From the human T2T-CHM13v2.0 reference genome, Homo sapiens: a DNA stretch of 64,000 nucleotides. The notes under the pieces were generated by a model that saw only the letters and a program-made list of their open reading frames with translations, did not search any database and was not told the DNA's origin. Location: NCBI RefSeq assembly GCF_009914755.1, contig NC_060947.1; one strand, given 5' to 3'. The position numbers and the translations under genes are program-made. How positions within the stretch are numbered: position 1 is the stretch's first letter; the number at the start of each line of letters is the position of its first letter. This document shows, piece by piece, positions 55,130 through 64,000 of this stretch.

Positions 55130-57465
55130 GTGTTGAATAGAATGTGAAGAAATTGAAACCCTTGTGCACTTTTGGTAGGAAGGAAAAATCATGCAGCTAC
55201 TATGGGAAAATGATATGGCAGTTCCTCAAAAAACTGAAAATGTAATAGCCATATATATCCAGCAGTTCTACCACTGGTGTTTGCCCAAAATAATTGAAAG
55301 CAGGGTCTTGAAGAGATATCTGTACACCAAGGTAGATAGCAGCATTATTTAAAACAGCCAAAAGGTAGGAACAACTCAAGTCCCTATTGACAGATGAATG
55401 GATAAACAAAATGTGGTGTGCACATAAAATGGAATATCATTCAGCCTTTAAAAGGAAGGAAATTCTGACACATGCTACAACATGGATAATCCTTGAGGAC
55501 ATTATGTTAAATGAAATAAGCTAGTCACAAAAAGACAAATACTGTATAATTTCTCTTATAGAGCTACCCAGAGTATTCAAATTCATGAAGAAAGAAGTAT
55601 AATGATGATTGGCAGGGGCTGGGGGGAGGGAGGAACAGGGAACTATTGTTTAATGGGTATAGAGTTTCAGTTTTGCAAGATGAAAAAAGTTTTGTAGATT
55701 GGTTGCACAACAATATGAGTGTACCTAACACTAGTGAATTGTACACTTGAAGTTAAGTGTACAATTAAGATCATAAATTTTATGTGTGTTTTTCCATTAA
55801 AAGTTTGAAAAAAATTTTAAAAGATTAAGCCAAATAAAATATTTCATTTTTCCTTCCTTCATTCATTTTCAAACAATTTTTTCAAATTTGATCTATAAAT
55901 TAGATGCCACCCCAAACAAAATTTCAGCAGACTTTTTGGTAAGAGATGACTAACTGATTGTAAAGTTCAATGGAAATTCAAAGTACCTAAAATAGCCAAC
56001 AGAACTTTGAAAAAGAAAAATGTTTGAGACTAACACTCCCTGATTTTAATATTTATTTTATATCTCCAGTAAACAAGATGTGTATTAATGGTATAAAAAG
56101 CAAATCAATCCATGAAAGAGAAGCAAATCCAGAAGTAGATCCACATACTTATATTGACAACCTATTTTGGACAAGGGCACAGATGCAATTCAGTGGATTA
56201 ATGATAGCCTTTTCAAGAAATAGTGGTAGAACAATTAGATATTCATATGCAACAAAAGAGCATCAATCCATATCTTGCACCATATACAAATAATTAACAG
56301 AAAATATGTTATAGACCTAAATGTATCACCTAAAACTATTAATCTTCTATATATAAATACAGGAGAAAACCTCTGTGACCTTGAATTAGGGAAAACTTTC
56401 TTAGATACAACACCAAAAGCATAATCCTTATAACAAACTAATTAATTGGATTTCACCAACATTATAAACTTCTCTCTTTGAAAGACACAGTTAAGATAAA
56501 GAAAACATAAGCCACAGACAGAAAAAAGAGTAATCTGATAAAGATTTATTCCAGAATATATAAAGGCTTACATTCCTGATATATTTATACCCAGAATACA
56601 TAAATTGGATTAAAATTACCCAATTTTTAAAAGTAAGAAAATATTTGAAGAGGCATTTCACCCACAAAGACAAATGAATGGCATTAAGCACCTAAAAATA
56701 TGTTCAACCACGTTATTCATCAAGGAAACGCAAACTATAAATACAGTGTGTGTTCCACTACACACCTATTTGAATGGAGAAAATGAAAAGATTGACCATA
56801 TCAAATATTGGCAAGAACGTGGTGAACTGGAACCCTTATACACTGTTTGTGGAAATGTAAAATATTACAACGTTGGAAAACTGACAGTCTTAAAATTTAA
56901 TCATACACTTGCCATAAGATCTAGCCATTCCACACTTAGATATTTACCTATGAAAAGCAAAAACACATGTTTGTACAATGACTTGTATATGAATGTTTGT
57001 AGCAGCTTTATTTATAATAGCCCAAATTTGTAAACAGTTCAAATGTCTATCCACATGCACATGTATAAACTGTTCCATTTATACAGTGGAATGCTACTCA
57101 GGAATGAAAAGGAGTAAACAATCAATACATGCTACAATGTGAATAAATTTCAAGGTAGTTATATTATGTGAAAGAAGCCAGGAAAAAAAACATACTCACT
57201 GTCCCATTTCCTTTATGTAAAATTTTAGGAAATTCAAGCTAATGTATATTAACGGAAAGCAGATATTTGATTTTCTGGGGTTAGGAGGGGAAGGGGAAGA
57301 ATGGGAAAGAGAATATTAAGAGGCTCGTGGAAACTTTGGAGAAGTGATGGATATATTCTTTGTTTTGATTGTGGAGATAATTGCATGGGTCTGCATATAT
57401 GTCAACTTATCAAACTGGACACTTTTAAATATGTGCAATTACAGCACAACAAAGCTATTCCTTAA
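55130..57465 (+). mobile_element. Two sense L1M 3' regions (~55130-55810 and ~55880-57465)
   Basis: GATGAATGGATAAACAAAATGTGG and GGGTATAGAGTTTCAGTTTTGCAAGATGAAAA. Confidence 0.88.
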
Positions 57466-57477
57466 AAGAAAGAAACA

Positions 57478-57775
<298 letters not shown>

Positions 57776-59636
57776 GTAAGAAACAATTAGCATAAAGCAT
57801 AATTGATACAATCCCATCTTTTGTTGCTGGTCACAAGGCCTAATTATAGCTTTCTTCCTTCACTACCTATCTGATGTTCCTCTTACACTCTGCCAAAATC
57901 TTGGCTCATTGATTTCTGCTTTTGTGTGTTGGAGTGATCCAAAATTTAATTCTCACTCAATCTAAGACCTCAGTGGTCCCATTTTTACAGAGTTGTCACA
58001 GTTTCTCAGCAAACATATATTTGGATATGGGAGTACTAAGAGGCATCTTATTAAATCTCTAGGGTTCCATGTTATTAAATCCCTAGGGTTCCAGACATAG
58101 TACTCTTGACCCTAATCTATAGTAGCAACCTAATTTCTTTCTTAGTAATTGAGACCAATCACCTTGACCAGCAGTGTAACCTCCCCTTCTTTGCCTGTTG
58201 GTTTAGCAGCATGAGGTGATCAAAATCCTCAGAGGGTAGTATCAGTTTCCAGTTGAACATAATAATGATCTTGATCTCTCATTGAAGCATAATTCCTTTG
58301 CTAGGATCTCCAACCACTGAGACCAAGGTTGCTGGCACAAGAAGCAAAAAATTATAAACCAATTATTAGGTGTAATAGTGAGATGGCCACTCTTACTTCC
58401 ATCCTAGATGCCTGTAGTCTAAAGATGGAAGAAATGGCAACATTTATTAGACCCTGACTTAAGGCATATACTGCATCTTGTAAGATAGCACCCTAACCTT
58501 GCAGGTTATTTCACCATAAACTGCAACTAGGCCTTCAAAAAGTCATTTCTCTACTCTATCATTTGGGTAATGGAGCAAATCGTAAGATCAGTGAATTCTG
58601 GTGGTGTATGTCCATTGCCACACTACTCTCACTATAAAATGAGTTCTTTGATCAGAGGTAACATTGTGTGAAATGCCATGGCAACAAATATGGCATTTTT
58701 AAGTTCACAACTGGTGGTGAAAGCCAAAGATTTGTGGTCAATTGAAGGTCAATGAAGGTCAATGAAGATACATATCCAGAATATGTATCTATTTTTGTGA
58801 GGACATATCACTCCCTCTATATGATAGAGTCAACCTTCTCCAGATGACTGGCTAGTCTCCAAAGGGAATGGTGCCAAACTAGGGAGCAATATTTGTCCCT
58901 GCTCATATAATATTAGGAGCTCAACAGTGTTCGTAGCAAGATGAACCTTGATAAGAGGAAGTCTTTGGTTTTGACCAAAAATATGGCCTTCTTCACTACT
59001 GTCATTGCTGCTTTATACAATGGGTCATTGGGCAAGCTTCAGGATGGCACAGGTAAAGAAGCTGACTGATAGTCACAGATCATGTCATCTTGTCTACCTG
59101 ATTATTGATATTGCAGTGCATGCCCTCTGGTTGGCAATTAGATGGGGCACTAGGATCATCACATCCTGTCCCCATTCAGAGAAGTTCATTCATTTACCTT
59201 TCCTAGAAACCTCTTTTTTCCCAAAATTTTTAATGTTATTTTTTTCAAATCCTTTTCCAGCCATCTAATTTGTTAGCCATTTCTCATGAAGCAGTATAGA
59301 TTCATGTCTCTGGCCATTTGTCCTTCCAAACAATGTGGAGAAGCAAATATACTACCCACACTTCTACTCACTGGGAGGATTTCTATTTACTACTGTTTTA
59401 TATTTTTAAAAAATAATTTCAATATTTATTATAGATTAAAAGGTATATGTGCAGGTTTGTCACATGGGTATATTGCGTGTTGCTGAGGTTTGGTGTACAA
59501 ATGATCCCATCACCCAGACAGTGACCATAGTGTCAATAGGTGGTTTTTCAGACCATGGTCTCCTCCCCTCGCCCCATCTAGTGGTCCCCAGGGTGTATTG
59601 TTATCATCTTTGTGTATACGTGTATTCAATGTTTAG

Positions 59637-60001
<365 letters not shown>

Positions 60002-60970
60002 TGAACTCCTGACCTTGTGATCCGCCTGCCTCGGCCTCCCAAAGTGCTGGGATTACAGGCGTGAGCCACCGCCCCTGGCCACTGCTATGTAGTATTTCAT
60101 ACTATATATGTACCACATTTTCTTTATCCAATCCACCATTGATGGGCATATAGGTTGATTCCATGTCTTTGCTATTGTGAATAACTCTTGCTTTTTAGGC
60201 CTGACACTGCATGGGGCTATAGTGCATTGCTGGTGCCTGTATACACAAATTCATGGGCCTGGTTCTGGAGTGGCTCTGCTAAGTGCCTAACGCTTAGGCC
60301 CATGAATTTCTTGTTATTGTACCTGCTTATAGGGTACTCCTCATGATGCCACAGGTTTTGGTAGAGAAAGAGGCAGCCAAGCAGCACGGGTAAATACTAG
60401 AGGGGTCTAGCCACCTGCTTGTATGGTTTCCTTACACCTTCTGGAACTACTCTCACCTGTTTTATGTACTGCATTTATATTTTATAGTGAAATGGTCCTG
60501 TGCACATTCAATTTCTTAGTTCAGTGGACTCTATAATACCCAACACAGAATGGTGAGCTGGAGTCATGTAGTCATTTGTTGCCCCATAGTCAGGTATTTG
60601 TTTCTACCAGGCCCAGTAACAAATCGGAAGCTGCTTTTCAAATGGAGATTACTTTGCAGACAGAAGAAGGTATAGCCCAACTCCAAACTACAGAAGCCTC
60701 TATTGTGATTCAACTACTAGGACTCCATAAACTTCTGTGTTTGCCACAGCTACCTCTAACATCATTGGGTCTATTGAGTCATAGGCCCAAGTGGCAGGGA
60801 AGCTTGCACTGCAGCTTGGATTTGCTGCAAAGCTTTCTTCCCCCTACTCTAAATCCTACTTAAAATTGGTATCCTAGGCCAGGCGTGATGGCTCACGCCT
60901 GTAATCCTAGCACTTTGGGAGGCTGAGGTGGGTGGATCACGAGGTCAGGAGATTAAGACCATCCTGGCTA

Positions 60971-61210
<240 letters not shown>

Positions 61211-61417
61211 TTATCTGGTAAATGGATTAGAGTATCACAATTAAGTGTGATATATTTTGCCTCTTCCAAAATCCAAAGAGGACTATTTTATCTTGTGACT
61301 CTTTCTTTATGATGGATATATCATGAGTATGTAATGTGACAGCAAATTTTTGCCTCTCACTTTATAGGGTATAACCCTACATGCCCAGATCACCATACTC
61401 TTAAAAACATCGCCAAG

Positions 61418-61597
61418 TTGTTTAACAGTGTGTAGCACCTCCCTGTTCTATCTCTCCCTCCTGCTGCAGCCATGTAGAAAGTGCCTGCTTCCCCTTTGCC
61501 TTCCGCCATGATTTTAAGTTTACTGAGGATTCCCCACGCATGCTTCCTGTAGAGCCTGCAGCACAGTGAGCCAATGAAACTTTTTTCTTTATAAATT
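61418..61597 (+). mobile_element. MST/THE1 MaLR LTR fragment ending in poly(A)
   Basis: GCCTGCTTCCCCTTTGCCTTCCGCCATGATT...CTTTATAAATT then A12. Confidence 0.88.
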
Positions 61598-61608
61598 AAA
61601 AAAAAAAA

Positions 61609-62570
61609 ACCATCAGAGTGAACAGGCAACCTACAGAATGGGAGAAAATTTTTGCAATCTACTCATCTGACAAAGGGCTAATATCCAGAATCTACAAAGA
61701 ACTCAAACAAACTTACAAGAAAAAAACAAACAACCCCATCAAAAAGTGGGCAAAGATATGAACAGACACTTCTCAAAAGAAGACATTTATGTAGTCAACA
61801 GACACATGAAAAAATGCTCATCATCACTGGCCATCAGAGAAATTCAAATCAAAACCACAATGAGATACCATCTCACACCAGTTAGAATGGCGATCATTAA
61901 AAAGTCAGGAAACAACAGGTGCTGGGGAGGATGTGGAGAAATAGGAACACTTTTACACTGTTGGTGGGACTGTAAACTAGTTCAACCACTGTGGAAGACA
62001 GTGTGGTGATTCCTCAAGGATCTAGAACTAGAAATACTATTTGACCCAGCCATCCCATTATTGGGTATATACCCAAAGGATTATAAATCATGCTGATATA
62101 AAGGCACATGCACATGTATGTTTATGGTGGCACTATTCACAATAGCAAAGATTTGGAACCAACCCAAATGTCCATCAATGATAGACTGGATTAAGAAAAT
62201 GTGGCACATATACACCATGGAATACTATGCAGCCATAAAAAAGGATGAGTTGATGTCCTTTGTAGGGACATGGATAAAGCTGGAAACCATCATTCTCAGC
62301 AAACTATTGCAAGGACAAAAAACCAAACACCGCATGTTCTCACTCATAGGTGGGAATTGACCAATGAGAACACTTGGACACAGGAAGGGGAACATCACAC
62401 ACCAGGGCCTGTTGTGGGGTGGGGGGAGGGGAGAGGGATAGCATTAGGAGATATACCTAATGTACATGATGAGTTAATGGGTGCAGCACACCAACATGGT
62501 ACATGTATACATATGTAACAAACCTGCACGTTGTGCACATGTACCCTAGAACGTAAAGTATATAAAAAAA
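61609..62570 (+). mobile_element. L1PA 3' ~1 kb
   Basis: Near-consensus ORF2 C-terminus ([13 protein letters not shown]...[13 protein letters not shown]) and 3' UTR with A tail. Confidence 0.96.
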
Positions 62571-63562
62571 ATCACCAGGGTCCCAGACAGCTGAACTTTC
62601 GCGGAGTTTATCTCCCACATTTTGACATCTGTGCCTTAGTAAGGGTATCTAAGGTAATTATTACTTCCGTATCAGTTCAATTAGCATAATTACGTCAGTG
62701 TAATAGACCAGTGTAATATTTTCTAGAATGTTGAGATAATCAAGACTCCCTTGGACTGATTGTATTATGACAGAGCAGGAAAATAGATTTTGGTCAATGT
62801 AAGACTGAGAAGGTGTGCTGTTGACATTAACAGGTAAAGATATACTGTTTCTGATGATTTTTTCTGATGGGAATTTAAAAGGATGCATTTGCTTGGTCAG
62901 TGGCTGCAAAACAAAGTGGCAGAGCTGTTTCAGTTTGCTACAATCTGAAGATACCATGTCTGAAACTGCAGTGGTGAATTGCATCACCCTTTTGTTTATA
63001 ATAATCCACAGTCTTTTATAATACCCACATGACTTTTGCACTTGACAAACAGGTAAATTAAATGAAGTTGTTATAAGAATCAACATCCATGCATTTTTTG
63101 AGGCCTTGGTAGTGGCACTGATCTCTGTAGCTCCCCCCAAAGATAAGGTATTGATTTGGATTTATTATTTGGGTGAGGATATTGAGGGGAGAAACAAGTT
63201 AATAGGATCTTCACTCGGCCCTTTCTACTGCAAGAGCCCTCATTCCATGGTGATTCTGACAGTTTCTAAGTATACTTATTCCTGCTATATATCAAAGGAC
63301 TGGGAAAATCATTACAGAGTGCATCTGTGGGACCAATGGATCCAACGTTAAATAAACTTGGGCCAGTGCTCGGTCTATCCCCTGAATTTCAGAAACTACC
63401 ATTCTGATCAGTAGGCCATGATGGTATTTGGGATCTCCAAGTTAATAAACGGTACCTGATGATTCTTGGAAGAGCTGGAAATTTCTCTTTTCACAGTGCA
63501 TAGTAGCCCTGGTAAAGGGTTGCATTTCTTTCCGGGTGAGATTTAAAGGAAGATTCACTGTA

Positions 63563-64000
63563 CAGGCACATCTTGTTTAGTGGCGCTTTGCTTTACTGCA
63601 CTTTGCAGATACTATGTTTGCTACAAATAGAAGATTTGTGGCAACCCTGCATTGGTTAAGTTTACTGGTGTCATTTTTCCTACAGAATGTGCTCACTTTG
63701 TGTCTCTGTGTCACATTTTGGTCATTCTCACAATATTTCAAACTGTTTCATGATTGTTATATCTTTTATGGTAATCTGTCATCAGAGATCTTTCTTGTTA
63801 CTATTATAATTGTTTTGGGGTGCCAGGCATGCCCATATAAGACACTGAAGTTAATCAGTAAATATTGTGCTTATTCTGACGGCTCCACCAACCGGCCATT
63901 CCCCCATCTCTCTTTCTCTCCTCTGGCCCCCTTATTCCCTGAGATAAAACAATATTGGAATTAGTCCAATTAATAACCCTGCAATGGCTTCTAAATGTTC
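63563..64000 (+). mobile_element. Tigger1 DNA transposon 5' part
   Basis: TA then CAGGCACATCTTGTTTAGTGGCGCTTTGCTTTA..., matching the Tigger1 left end. Confidence 0.85.

Overview
Primate (human-like) genomic DNA that is AT-rich and repeat-dense. It holds about 25 Alus, many L1 fragments, MaLR/ERVL/MER4 LTR elements, Tigger/MER58 DNA transposons and a MIR. I see no convincing intact host protein-coding gene; most listed ORFs are Alu-, L1- or ERV-derived or look like chance ORFs. Repeat subfamily names come from recalled consensus sequences and were not checked by search. Four things stand out. (1) An old degenerate tandem array at ~700-23200, plus an inverted piece at 1-505, built from a non-transposon module. 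It carries a GC-box/ETS promoter-like block, a 19-mer that is identical in three of four copies (ATTTCCTCACGATGGCAGT, CTCF-like) and paralogous 21-nt and 23-nt microexon candidates with conserved splice signals. (2) A GC/CpG-rich promoter-like region at ~27.1-27.8 kb with a strong CTCF motif and a candidate two-exon + strand lncRNA ending at AATAAA 31444. (3) An L1-mediated processed retrocopy of a HERV-F(XA34)/HERVFH21-like RNA at 37141-38712, with poly(A) after R and an 11-bp TSD. (4) A chimeric MST-LTR-poly(A)/L1PA insertion at 61396-62570 inside an ERVL pol remnant. I could not assign the locus to a named gene.
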